A DNA stretch of 43,394 bases from a virus, in the IMG/VR virus record IMGVR_UViG_3300015263_000944, positions 1-43,394 of that record; one strand, given 5' to 3'. The notes below the pieces were generated by a model. The model saw nothing but the letters and a program-made list of their open reading frames with translations, was not told where the DNA came from and made no database searches. The translations under genes and the position numbers were made by a program. Below are positions 1 through 7,281 of the stretch, piece by piece (the stretch's first letter is position 1; the number at the start of each line of letters is the position of its first letter).

Positions 1-737
1 TTGTTGATGTCACGAATCACCACACCTTCATAGGTTGGGTCATCCACTTCTTGCTCACGCAGGAAGTCTTGAATCTCTTCCAGCGTGTTGAAGACGATGA
101 GGCCGGGCGTACCCATGATGCCACCAGCACACTTGCGATCACTGGCAAGCTCTCGGGCTTCCAACTCTTCCCAACTCAACTCACGATGTCCCTCGAAAGC
201 CGTGAGCAGATAGACCCTTGGTTCCTCGTATCGTCGAACGATCTTGTTCCACGGCGAGCAGAACTCACAGACATAGGTGAGGCTGCGATCCAAAAATTGG
301 TCTAGGTCCGACAACTCATTCACATGCAAGGCCCGGCAGATTGCCTCTTGCCATGTGAAGTCTTGGAACTGCATGTTGTCCAGTGCGAACGAACCACGAG
401 TATTGACCCGCCACTTCTCATAGAAGTAGATGATCGCAAGTGAACCGTCCTCTTTGTCTTGGACAATGAAGTTCGAGAAGTCGAAGTGGCCCATTTCATC
501 CTGCACTTCGCCCCAGTTGAAGAAGCGATTGAAGGACTTCGCCACTACCTCGAAGGTGTGTTTGTGCAAAACCAGCCCACGGCATTCACGCACAATGGGA
601 TGTGTCTTCGGCGATTCGATCTGGTCATAGTTCAAGATGACCAGAGGATCGTGAGGATGTTCTGCTATTTTGATGCCTAACTCGTTTTCCAGATCGGTCA
701 GGCTTTTTGTCTGTAGATATTGCTGTGTGTGGAGCAT
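1..737 (-). CDS. RNA ligase, Rnl1-like nucleotidyltransferase (partial; C-terminus beyond position 1)
   Basis: Absent from ORF track because there is no stop in the window. Hand translation of minus strand from ATG (plus-strand cat 735-737, SD AGGAGGG upstream) is open for 245 codons to position 1. Contains covalent-lysine motif I KEDGSL and a motif IV-like YEGVVIRD. Confidence 0.6.
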   Translation of the reverse strand, partial: MLHTQQYLQTKSLTDLENELGIKIAEHPHDPLVILNYDQIESPKTHPIVRECRGLVLHKHTFEVVAKSFNRFFNWGEVQDEMGHFDFSNFIVQDKEDGSLAIIYFYEKWRVNTRGSFALDNMQFQDFTWQEAICRALHVNELSDLDQFLDRSLTYVCEFCSPWNKIVRRYEEPRVYLLTAFEGHRELSWEELEARELASDRKCAGGIMGTPGLIVFNTLEEIQDFLREQEVDDPTYEGVVIRDIN

Positions 738-749
738 CCGTGCCCTCCT

Positions 750-775
750 GTCTTATGGCTTCTTGCCATTAAGAC
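750..775 (-). promoter_or_regulatory. near-perfect 10-11 bp stem-loop in 5' leader of the RNA ligase gene, immediately upstream of its SD
   Basis: gtcttatggc-ttctt-gccattaagac read in sequence; lies between intergenic motif copy 817-828 and ATG 737. Confidence 0.4.
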
Positions 776-825
776 AGTATAGAGGGCATCAAAGTTCGGT
801 GCAATGTCTTAAAAAACAGCGGGTG

Positions 826-1461
826 TTAGCCGGGCCGAGGCCGCTCATCGACGGGCAGCCATCCATCGTACCCATCGTCGGACGGCGGTGGCGGGGAGCA
901 ACTGCCACCAGAGCAGCCGCTCCCTACGCCGTTGACCGCTTCTCCACGCTGGATAGCTTCCCACTGTGCGTCGGAAATGCCGGGCGGCTTCACGTTGCCG
1001 TATCGCCGCAGGTAAGCCGAGCTATCGCCATCCGCACCATAGCCGCAGTTCCAGCAGATGTCGATCTGATGCTGCACTCGTGCGCCACATTGAGGACACT
1101 GGAACTTCCAGTTGGCCGGTGGCTTGAATGCAGTGTTTGGTTCAGCCATCCCCGTCTGTCGAACGATGTCCGAATCCGGGTTGAACGGATACGGCAAACT
1201 GTCGATGTAGGGGTCGCCGCCACGTCTCAGGTATGATTGGAACTGGATGTTCCGACCATAGAAGAGACGCATCAGAACATTGACGATCACCCAGCAGATT
1301 CCACCGAAGAATGCCACGGTGAGCACTGCCGAGATTGCCATTTCGAGAGGCGTCCAGAAACTCGTTTCGGTCGCCCAGTTCCATGCCGATGCGATCACCA
1401 TGTAGATCATAAAGATGATCACACATGCTCGCACGAAGACATTTGACTTAGACGTTCTCAT
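826..1461 (-). CDS. membrane protein with C-terminal zinc-ribbon (CPQCG...CWNCG)
   Basis: Track ORF 826..1530; I prefer internal ATG at 1461 (SD GGGAGGAAG 8 nt upstream, N-terminal hydrophobic segment, 14-nt overlap with upstream stop) over the 1530 start. Confidence 0.5.
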   Translation of the reverse strand: MRTSKSNVFVRACVIIFMIYMVIASAWNWATETSFWTPLEMAISAVLTVAFFGGICWVIVNVLMRLFYGRNIQFQSYLRRGGDPYIDSLPYPFNPDSDIVRQTGMAEPNTAFKPPANWKFQCPQCGARVQHQIDICWNCGYGADGDSSAYLRRYGNVKPPGISDAQWEAIQRGEAVNGVGSGCSGGSCSPPPPSDDGYDGWLPVDERPRPG

Positions 1462-1960
1462 CGGGTTCTTCCTCCCATATTTCCACCGGGGCTTGCCCAT
1501 CAATCTCGCCCAACTTCTCGATGACATCATCGGGTTCGTCGAGGTTCTTGATGGACATGACCGGTCTCTGGATCTCTTTGATCAGGCCCCAGTGAACCAC
1601 AGGCAGCACAAGGCTGTCCCGAGGACCGTTGCCGTACTGGTGAGTGCGGACATTCAAAACACTTGCTTGGTGCATCCAGCGGGCAACCTTGGTCAGTGTG
1701 ATGTCGTCGTCTCCATAAACTTCGAGTTCGATGGGGACGACATATCGCCGACACGGCTTGTCGCCATAGATGATTCGCATGATCTCTTGCATGTCTGCAC
1801 AAGCGGCAGTGGGTGTTGCGTACTTCAAGGCGTCGTTCTTCATCGCCTCTTCAGTAGACTCGACGAATTCCTCGCCAGTCCACACCTTGCCGTCTTCGAG
1901 ATTCTGAATCACATATCGCCGGGCAATCGGAGGCCCGACAGGATTTGCTCGTAGAATCAT
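1448..1960 (-). CDS. hypothetical protein
   Basis: Track ORF, ATG start, acidic C-terminus; no recognisable domain. Confidence 0.5.
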   Translation of the reverse strand: MILRANPVGPPIARRYVIQNLEDGKVWTGEEFVESTEEAMKNDALKYATPTAACADMQEIMRIIYGDKPCRRYVVPIELEVYGDDDITLTKVARWMHQASVLNVRTHQYGNGPRDSLVLPVVHWGLIKEIQRPVMSIKNLDEPDDVIEKLGEIDGQAPVEIWEEEPDENV

Positions 1961-1971
1961 GGTTGGTCCTC

Positions 1972-3093
1972 CTATGCGGCAAGCTCGTGCTCGGTGAGAC
2001 CACTCACCGGGGTTCGCACAACGAACCCCAGCAAGTGATCTACCACCTTGGATGCGTGGCTTGCGGCGTCAAAGATGTACTTGGGATCACTCTCCATGTG
2101 GCCGAGCCACGTCTTAACGTAAGACTGGCTTTGCTCCAACATCTGGTCGCTCATCGGCACGCCGATCTCCATGATAAGGAAACAGGCTCCGATCTCAGCG
2201 ATCAGTTCTTCAAAGGCATAGGGACGTTTTGAGTCCTTGATTGCCTTCTGCACGGACTTCACACGGCGAATGCCCCAATGGATCATCTCATGGAAGCGTG
2301 TTTCGTAGTAATCTGCCATCGAGGCGAAGGTTCGCTTCGGAGGCAGCATGATGGTGTCGGTTTGCTCCCGATAGATTGCTCGGTCGCCCCGATGGATCGT
2401 CTTCGCCCCAGTGTTGGACAGGAAGTCTTCCGCTGGCTTGAAGTCAGGTTCGGTGTTCTGAGTGCAAGGCAACGCTCGATACCGATCCAACTTGGCATCG
2501 ATGCCATTGGCGACATTGCTCGCAATGATCGAGACACGTCGCCGAGTCAGTTCGGCTGTCGCTCGTTTGCCCAAGTATCGCTCAGCGATCTCCAGCATCT
2601 CTGCGCCGCTGGTGCGACGGCTTTTGGTCTTGCGGCCCAACATCCGCTCGATGTTTGGCGATCTGCCATCCATCAATTCATCAACGCTGGGTGCCTTGAC
2701 CTGTGCGATGTTGTAGACGTAGAACTCACGCAGCAATGGCACCTTGATCGGTTCGCCCTTGCTGTTTCGGACCACCTTGCCGTTCTCGACCTTGTTGATG
2801 AAACGGAAGAGAGTGATTGCAGTGGGCAGTTCGTCATTGATGACCCCACCAACATTTCTCAACCACGTCAGATCGCTACCCCAGTGCTTCGACTCGAAGC
2901 CTTGCACAAGAGAGGACCACATCAGCAAGAGCGGGTTGATGCCGCTGTAGCGACGACCCGAGGCAAAGTTACATGGTGCTCCAGTATTGGAGTTGGTGCT
3001 CCATGCTCGTCGCCACGGGGGCAGCCCTTTGGCAAGGGCATCAACCATCAAAGCGGTAATGTTTTCACGGATTTGGTTTGCAGTTTTGTTCAT
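1972..3093 (-). CDS. ardC: ArdC-like antirestriction protein (N-terminal ssDNA-binding ArdC-N with PW..RRAW, C-terminal HExxH metallopeptidase-like motif HEMIHW)
   Basis: Track ORF; SD AAGGAGATA upstream of ATG 3093; HEMIHWG zincin-like motif and ArdC-N-like N-terminus recognised from memory; TAG stop. Confidence 0.65.
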   Translation of the reverse strand: MNKTANQIRENITALMVDALAKGLPPWRRAWSTNSNTGAPCNFASGRRYSGINPLLLMWSSLVQGFESKHWGSDLTWLRNVGGVINDELPTAITLFRFINKVENGKVVRNSKGEPIKVPLLREFYVYNIAQVKAPSVDELMDGRSPNIERMLGRKTKSRRTSGAEMLEIAERYLGKRATAELTRRRVSIIASNVANGIDAKLDRYRALPCTQNTEPDFKPAEDFLSNTGAKTIHRGDRAIYREQTDTIMLPPKRTFASMADYYETRFHEMIHWGIRRVKSVQKAIKDSKRPYAFEELIAEIGACFLIMEIGVPMSDQMLEQSQSYVKTWLGHMESDPKYIFDAASHASKVVDHLLGFVVRTPVSGLTEHELAA

Positions 3094-3112
3094 GGTGTAT
3101 CTCCTTGACCTA

Positions 3113-3125
3113 CAAGCGGGTGTTA
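3113..3125 (-). promoter_or_regulatory. conserved intergenic motif copy (minus strand TAACACCCGCTTG, here TTTAACACCCGCTTGT) 20 nt upstream of ardC-like ATG
   Basis: Exact repeat of motif seen at 10 junctions; directly preceded (minus sense) by hairpin 3128-3168. Confidence 0.5.
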
Positions 3126-3127
3126 AA

Positions 3128-3168
3128 CCAGCAGAGCCGCCCCGGTTTCCCGAGACGGCTCAAGCTGG
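3128..3168 (-). terminator. imperfect stem-loop downstream of RuvB-like gene stop
   Basis: ccagcagagccg ... cggctcaagctgg arms read in sequence; followed on minus strand by TTTAACA. Confidence 0.4.
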
Positions 3169-3175
3169 GGAGCAA

Positions 3176-4420
3176 CTACCGCTTGGACTCGAAGTATTCG
3201 GCTGTGACCTTGCGACCACGATGCTCGATGCCTCGCTTGTCCAGTTCGGCCAACCCTGCCTCGGTGATACAGCATCCTCTGCCGCTGACGGAAACCACAT
3301 AGGGTCCGCCGCCAGTGTAAGCCATTAGGAACGGCAGTTCGTACTTCTGCACCTGCTCGATGCGGCATTGAGCCACGCCGGGCAGTCGGGTTTCAGCGAT
3401 AGGACGCTGACCAAGAGCCGCCAAAATAGCAACCTGCTTCTTGGTGAAACCCCATTCGTCGAGGCCGATGTCCTCAGCCACCGCAGCACAAGCATCCTGC
3501 CATGTATGAGACGGCATGATGTCTCGACGCTGAATGACCTTGGTTGCGAAGTTGAGAGCTTCACGAGGCACACGACGATACTGGGCGACCATTTCGCAGA
3601 CATCTTCAGGCATAGTGCCAGTCAGATCGCCTACGGCATGGTACTCGTCCATCTTCATCTTGACGATTTGAGTGATCTCTTCCACGCCAGCGGCGTGCCA
3701 CTCGATGGCCGTACCCAAACGATTTTCCAGAGCATCGAACAACATGCCACGTTCAGTGGTCGCTGCCACCCAACAAATGTTGCGGCAGTTGACCTGCTGC
3801 TGTTCAGCATTGATGCCGGGGGCTTTGAGGGCCATGATCCCGTCATCACGCTCCATCGCATTCAAGAGTCCACCCTTCATCATCTTGCGAGGAATCAGAT
3901 GGGCTTCATCGAAGAACACGATGCACGGCGGCACGGTGTAATCGGTGTTGTCTTCGGGGTTCTTCCACTCGACAATAGGCTTGAAGGTGATGTCACCCTT
4001 GATCGGGCTGTAAAGGCTGTCCCCACCGAACGTGTGCTCGGCGAAAGCATCCTTGATTTGCTCGAACAAGTCCCATGTATTGGCGATGGATGCAGCTTGC
4101 ACGAAGACGAACGGAATACCGATGGTCTTGGCGAACTGTTTCACCACATAGGTCTTACCCTGACCGCTCCCGGCATAGATGCCGAAGTTGCAGCCACGCA
4201 GCGAACGGTTGAACCGCTTGAGGGCCGTGAAGGCGAAGTCACGCAGAATCCGCATGTTGCCTTCATTGGCGTCACTGACGATCACCTTGTTCAGAGGGCA
4301 GTTCTTGTTGTTGTTCGACAACGCCATCCGAATCTGTTCCTCGGTCGGAGCCGCAGGCAAGCTGGGATACTTCCGGTCGGAACTGGGATCGAAGAAAACC
4401 TTCATTAACTGTTGAGTCAT
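3176..4420 (-). CDS. RuvB-like AAA+ ATPase (Holliday-junction branch-migration helicase-like)
   Basis: Track ORF 3176..4468 starts at TTG directly abutting the motif; I use ATG 4420 (MTQQLMK, SD AAAGGG). Walker A GSGQGKT, Walker B FFDEAH, sensor-1 AATTERGMLFDALENRLG closely resembling RuvB ATTR.G.L...R.G, C-terminal winged-helix-like tail. Confidence 0.6.
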   Translation of the reverse strand: MTQQLMKVFFDPSSDRKYPSLPAAPTEEQIRMALSNNNKNCPLNKVIVSDANEGNMRILRDFAFTALKRFNRSLRGCNFGIYAGSGQGKTYVVKQFAKTIGIPFVFVQAASIANTWDLFEQIKDAFAEHTFGGDSLYSPIKGDITFKPIVEWKNPEDNTDYTVPPCIVFFDEAHLIPRKMMKGGLLNAMERDDGIMALKAPGINAEQQQVNCRNICWVAATTERGMLFDALENRLGTAIEWHAAGVEEITQIVKMKMDEYHAVGDLTGTMPEDVCEMVAQYRRVPREALNFATKVIQRRDIMPSHTWQDACAAVAEDIGLDEWGFTKKQVAILAALGQRPIAETRLPGVAQCRIEQVQKYELPFLMAYTGGGPYVVSVSGRGCCITEAGLAELDKRGIEHRGRKVTAEYFESKR

Positions 4421-4470
4421 GGGAAACGCCCTTTCTTGGAATGCGTCACAACTTTTGTACTGATGCAATC

Positions 4471-4483
4471 CAAGCGGGTGTTA
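4471..4483 (-). promoter_or_regulatory. conserved intergenic motif copy overlapping the TAA stop of the sigma-factor gene
   Basis: caagcgggtgtta; tta at 4481-4483 is the stop codon of ORF 4481..5380. Confidence 0.5.
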
Positions 4484-5380
4484 CGCAGCGTACTGGGCGT
4501 CCCGACCCACCAGATAATCCTTCATCTTGTCGCAAGCCCTTTTGAACGCAAGACATAGGGCGGCTTTGGTGTACAGATTTCCCGTGTTTGGATTGATCCG
4601 GGTCCGAGTCATTTCGGCTCGCAGCGAGGAATCGCCAACCATATAGCCGACGACCAGTTCCCGTTCGAGATCGGTCAGGCCAGCTTCGTCGATGGCGAGT
4701 TGAATTTCCTCTTCATCGATGGGGCCGTCGCCGAAATTGCCACCAGCCGAAGAGACTTCAGCAGCCAGCGGAATCGTCTTGTACATGGCATCGGCCACCT
4801 TATCGGCCTGTCGGTCGGAGATGTCCTCCCCTTCCTTCCGCAGCAATTGGATGGCTTCCTCGAAGCTGCATTGTCGCTGGCTCATGGTCCTCATCACCAT
4901 TCGGCGAATCGTTTTGATCGCACGTCCCACACCAGCACGTTCCTCTTGTTCACGGACGTAGCACGACATGGCACGTCGGAGGGCAGTATGCAAGAGCGTC
5001 GTAAAAGCGGTGCTGCCGTCATAGTGTTGGACGGCATTGACGAGGGCCACGCATCCCTCTTGGATGTAATCGTCTGGCTCGATCTCGGGATTGTCCCGGC
5101 GATTCGACTTCCAGAAAGAGTTCGCCATCCAGCAGACTTGGCGGATGTACGCACTGAGGAATGAACCCTCAAATCTCAGAAGTGCCTCCATCATCCGACG
5201 TGTCTCACCTCGCAGGGAAATCGCTCCCTGAAGAAAGTCGGTGCGAAGCCGCTTGATGTTGGCCTCGCCATACTTGGTGGCCGCAAACTTCTGCAAGCAG
5301 CCCACGACTTCGCAGAGTTCATTGTCTCGGTCGGCCCGCTCTGCATCGGTCCAATGCGTTGCTTTGATGGTGGTCGCCAT
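4481..5380 (-). CDS. sigma-70 family RNA polymerase sigma factor (regions 2 and 4 recognisable)
   Basis: Track ORF, ATG start. Region 2-like YIQEGCVALVNAVQHYDGSTAFTTLLHTALRRAM and region 4 HTH-like DLERELVVGYMVGDSSLRAEM...TKAALCLAFKRA. Confidence 0.6.
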   Translation of the reverse strand: MATTIKATHWTDAERADRDNELCEVVGCLQKFAATKYGEANIKRLRTDFLQGAISLRGETRRMMEALLRFEGSFLSAYIRQVCWMANSFWKSNRRDNPEIEPDDYIQEGCVALVNAVQHYDGSTAFTTLLHTALRRAMSCYVREQEERAGVGRAIKTIRRMVMRTMSQRQCSFEEAIQLLRKEGEDISDRQADKVADAMYKTIPLAAEVSSAGGNFGDGPIDEEEIQLAIDEAGLTDLERELVVGYMVGDSSLRAEMTRTRINPNTGNLYTKAALCLAFKRACDKMKDYLVGRDAQYAA

Positions 5381-5427
5381 GAATCGATCTCCCTGTGCTT
5401 GTGTTGTTGTGTAGGTTTCTGCGGTAC

Positions 5428-5439
5428 AAGCGGGTGTTC
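5428..5439 (-). promoter_or_regulatory. conserved intergenic motif copy upstream of sigma-factor gene; forms 5' arm of a hairpin with 5456-5465
   Basis: acaagcgggtgtt ... cccggcttgt complementary arms seen in sequence. Confidence 0.45.
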
Positions 5440-5471
5440 ATTGTGACAGACACGGCCCGGCTTGTAAAGGT

Positions 5472-5681
5472 TCATTCTCCAATTTGCGTTTCCCCAAAAT
5501 GGATCGTGTCCTGATGGGGGCTGAGAAAGTGCTTGCAAATGTGATCCGTCACAAACTCTATTGGGTCAACACCTTCTGGTGCCAACTTTGCCCAGTCCTT
5601 CACCCGTTGGGTGGTTTCGGAGTTCGTCTTCCGTCTCAGATGGAATCGAACATACCGACGAACTGCTTCTCGGGTGATCAT
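5472..5681 (-). CDS. hypothetical small basic protein (69 aa)
   Basis: Track ORF, ATG 5681 preceded 13 nt upstream by motif copy 5693-5705. Confidence 0.4.
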   Translation of the reverse strand: MITREAVRRYVRFHLRRKTNSETTQRVKDWAKLAPEGVDPIEFVTDHICKHFLSPHQDTIHFGETQIGE

Positions 5682-5692
5682 TGGTCTCTCTC

Positions 5693-5705
5693 CAAGCGGG
5701 TGTTA
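5693..5705 (-). promoter_or_regulatory. conserved intergenic motif copy; adjacent small hairpin agtcca-cttt-tggact 5705-5721 overlaps TAG stop of upstream gene
   Basis: Read directly. Confidence 0.45.
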
Positions 5706-5719
5706 GTCCAACTTTTGGA

Positions 5720-6910
5720 CTAGAAGCATCCCGCACATTGTTCACAGTCTTGGAACTCGAACTGATCGATGATGGGCAGCGAAGGCATTCCATCAATCAA
5801 CCCATTCGTTTGTATGAAATCGGCCATGCGCCCAGAACGATGCTTTGTGCGATGTCCCCACAATCCCTCAATCACTTGCAGTTGTTCTTGGCAGTTGTCT
5901 TCCATGCGAACAATGGCTCGCAGATAGTCACGACCATGTTCGGTTTGGGAATACAACTCCAACTCTTCTGCGGTGGTGGATGGACAGAACCAGCAAGCTG
6001 ATTTGACCGGCACCCCACCTTTCTTGATCCACTTGCGGCCAGTGTGATCGGACCAGCCGGGCAGACCTTCCTTCCGAATCTCTTCAAGGCATCGTTGACG
6101 ATCCCAGCCGAGTTCGATCAAAGGATACCAGTATTGGTACAACTGATCGTCGGTGATCTTGAATGAACGCCGTGAGTCATTCGGGCTTGCATCATAACCA
6201 ATCGCCACGATGCCTTGGTAGTGCTTGTCCCAGCACGTCTGGAATTCGTCAAGGCTCTCCCGGTATTTGTTCTGAGGCCCGATCTTCCACTTGGCACTGC
6301 ACTTTTTGCGTTTGAATGCCCATGAGGGGAGCGTGCGGTTGACGAGGCACTGTTGCTCCAGTGTGTGATACCAACCATTCTTCACTCGATCAGGAGAGGG
6401 CTTGTATCGCACAGTCACAACAGGCGGGAAACCCATCTGCTTGAGGTAGTCTTGAATGACTGGCTCGTAAGCATAGGTCTCTTTCTTCTCCGAGCCGGTG
6501 TCGGCGAAGGTGATGCAGGTCGGGCGGAACTGCGGACGCTTGTTCTTCTGTGAGTTGTAGAGCCGTGCCAGATGAATGAGCAGAGCGGTGCTGTCCACGC
6601 CCATCCCATAGCACACGGAGAAGGGACGGCCCATGCGGATGCGTTCCCACATGTTGTCGAAGGTGACAACCGGTGCAGGCTTGCACTCGGTCTCCATCTC
6701 CATGCTGAGTATGAGGCCACGAACTTCGGTGGCATTACCCAGCTTCATTTTCTTGGCCCAGTCAGATCGAGCTACATCCGCACACAGTTTGTTGAATGCG
6801 GCGAAGGGATCGGCGGCGATCTCTTCATCCATCTTCCATTCGATGTCGCTGATGACCCGCTGGAAGCGGGTGCGGTTGGGTTGTGCTTTCTCTTTGGTTT
6901 TGGTCGGCAT
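5720..6910 (-). CDS. PAPS reductase / DndC-like PP-loop ATP pyrophosphatase family protein with C-terminal Cys cluster
   Basis: Track ORF, ATG start with SD GGAGAA. PP-loop-like YGMGVDSTALLIHL (variant of SGGxDS) and C-terminal CWFCP...CEQCAGCF; TAG stop. Confidence 0.55.
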   Translation of the reverse strand: MPTKTKEKAQPNRTRFQRVISDIEWKMDEEIAADPFAAFNKLCADVARSDWAKKMKLGNATEVRGLILSMEMETECKPAPVVTFDNMWERIRMGRPFSVCYGMGVDSTALLIHLARLYNSQKNKRPQFRPTCITFADTGSEKKETYAYEPVIQDYLKQMGFPPVVTVRYKPSPDRVKNGWYHTLEQQCLVNRTLPSWAFKRKKCSAKWKIGPQNKYRESLDEFQTCWDKHYQGIVAIGYDASPNDSRRSFKITDDQLYQYWYPLIELGWDRQRCLEEIRKEGLPGWSDHTGRKWIKKGGVPVKSACWFCPSTTAEELELYSQTEHGRDYLRAIVRMEDNCQEQLQVIEGLWGHRTKHRSGRMADFIQTNGLIDGMPSLPIIDQFEFQDCEQCAGCF

Positions 6911-6941
6911 GTGGTTCTCCAGTTTTCCTGATGACGAACCA

Positions 6942-6953
6942 CAAGCGGGTGTT
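6942..6953 (-). promoter_or_regulatory. conserved intergenic motif copy sitting in the loop of inverted repeat tgacga(6932-6937)/tcgtca(6956-6961)
   Basis: Read directly; lies between TGA stop 6959 and ATG 6910. Confidence 0.45.
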
Positions 6954-6958
6954 GCTCG

Positions 6959-7177
6959 TCACACGTCGATGAATAACGGATAACTCGTCAGCAGGCCCAT
7001 TGCTTCGTCATACACCGGGCCGCTGTTCTTCAATCCCAGATTCTTTCGCAACCAGTTCATGTCGTGTCGCAGGATCTTGGGAAAGTTGAGTAGCTCCAAG
7101 AGTGATTGAAGCCTGATCCTCGCCGCCCTCTGTTCTGGTGTCGGCTGAGGCATGAGGTAAGCGAAACATTCTGGCAT
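6959..7177 (-). CDS. hypothetical small protein (72 aa)
   Basis: Track ORF 6959..7225; the 7225 start lies inside the motif, so I use ATG 7177 (MPECFAYL) with SD GGAGAA. Confidence 0.4.
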   Translation of the reverse strand: MPECFAYLMPQPTPEQRAARIRLQSLLELLNFPKILRHDMNWLRKNLGLKNSGPVYDEAMGLLTSYPLFIDV

Positions 7178-7202
7178 GGTGATTCTCCTCTCTGTTGATC
7201 CA

Positions 7203-7215
7203 CAAGCGGGTGTTA
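7203..7215 (-). promoter_or_regulatory. conserved intergenic motif copy (TTTAACACCCGCTTGT) immediately after terminator hairpin 7222-7251
   Basis: Read directly. Confidence 0.5.
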
Positions 7216-7221
7216 AACGCA

Positions 7222-7251
7222 ACAAGCCGCCTCATTGCTGAGGCGGCTTGT
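7222..7251 (-). terminator. 13-bp perfect stem-loop (acaagccgcctca-ttgc-tgaggcggcttgt) 30 nt downstream of ParB-like gene stop
   Basis: Perfect complementarity read in sequence; followed on minus strand by TGCGTTTAACA. Confidence 0.55.
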
Positions 7252-7281
7252 GATGCGATTGGGGTTCTGACCGGAAGCGGA

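Noticed and set aside
3113-3125. Reading the junction motif as a standard sigma70 promoter (TTAACA as -35)
   Set aside because: The sequence 17 nt downstream is the SD or start codon in several copies, with no -10-like hexamer. Its distance to the ATG ranges from 10 to 125 nt. Its role is left open between phage-specific promoter and terminator or processing signal.
3368-4408. Long plus-strand ORFs antisense to annotated minus-strand genes (3368..4408 346 aa, 7795..8739 314 aa, 24590..25723 377 aa, 25994..26950 318 aa, 2278..3108 276 aa and others)
   Set aside because: Each lies entirely inside a minus-strand gene that has recognisable catalytic motifs (RuvB-like, ParB-like, AAA+, PARP-like, ArdC-like) and a good SD. 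The antisense translations are low-complexity and Arg/Gly/Leu-rich, typical of shadow ORFs in moderately GC-rich DNA.
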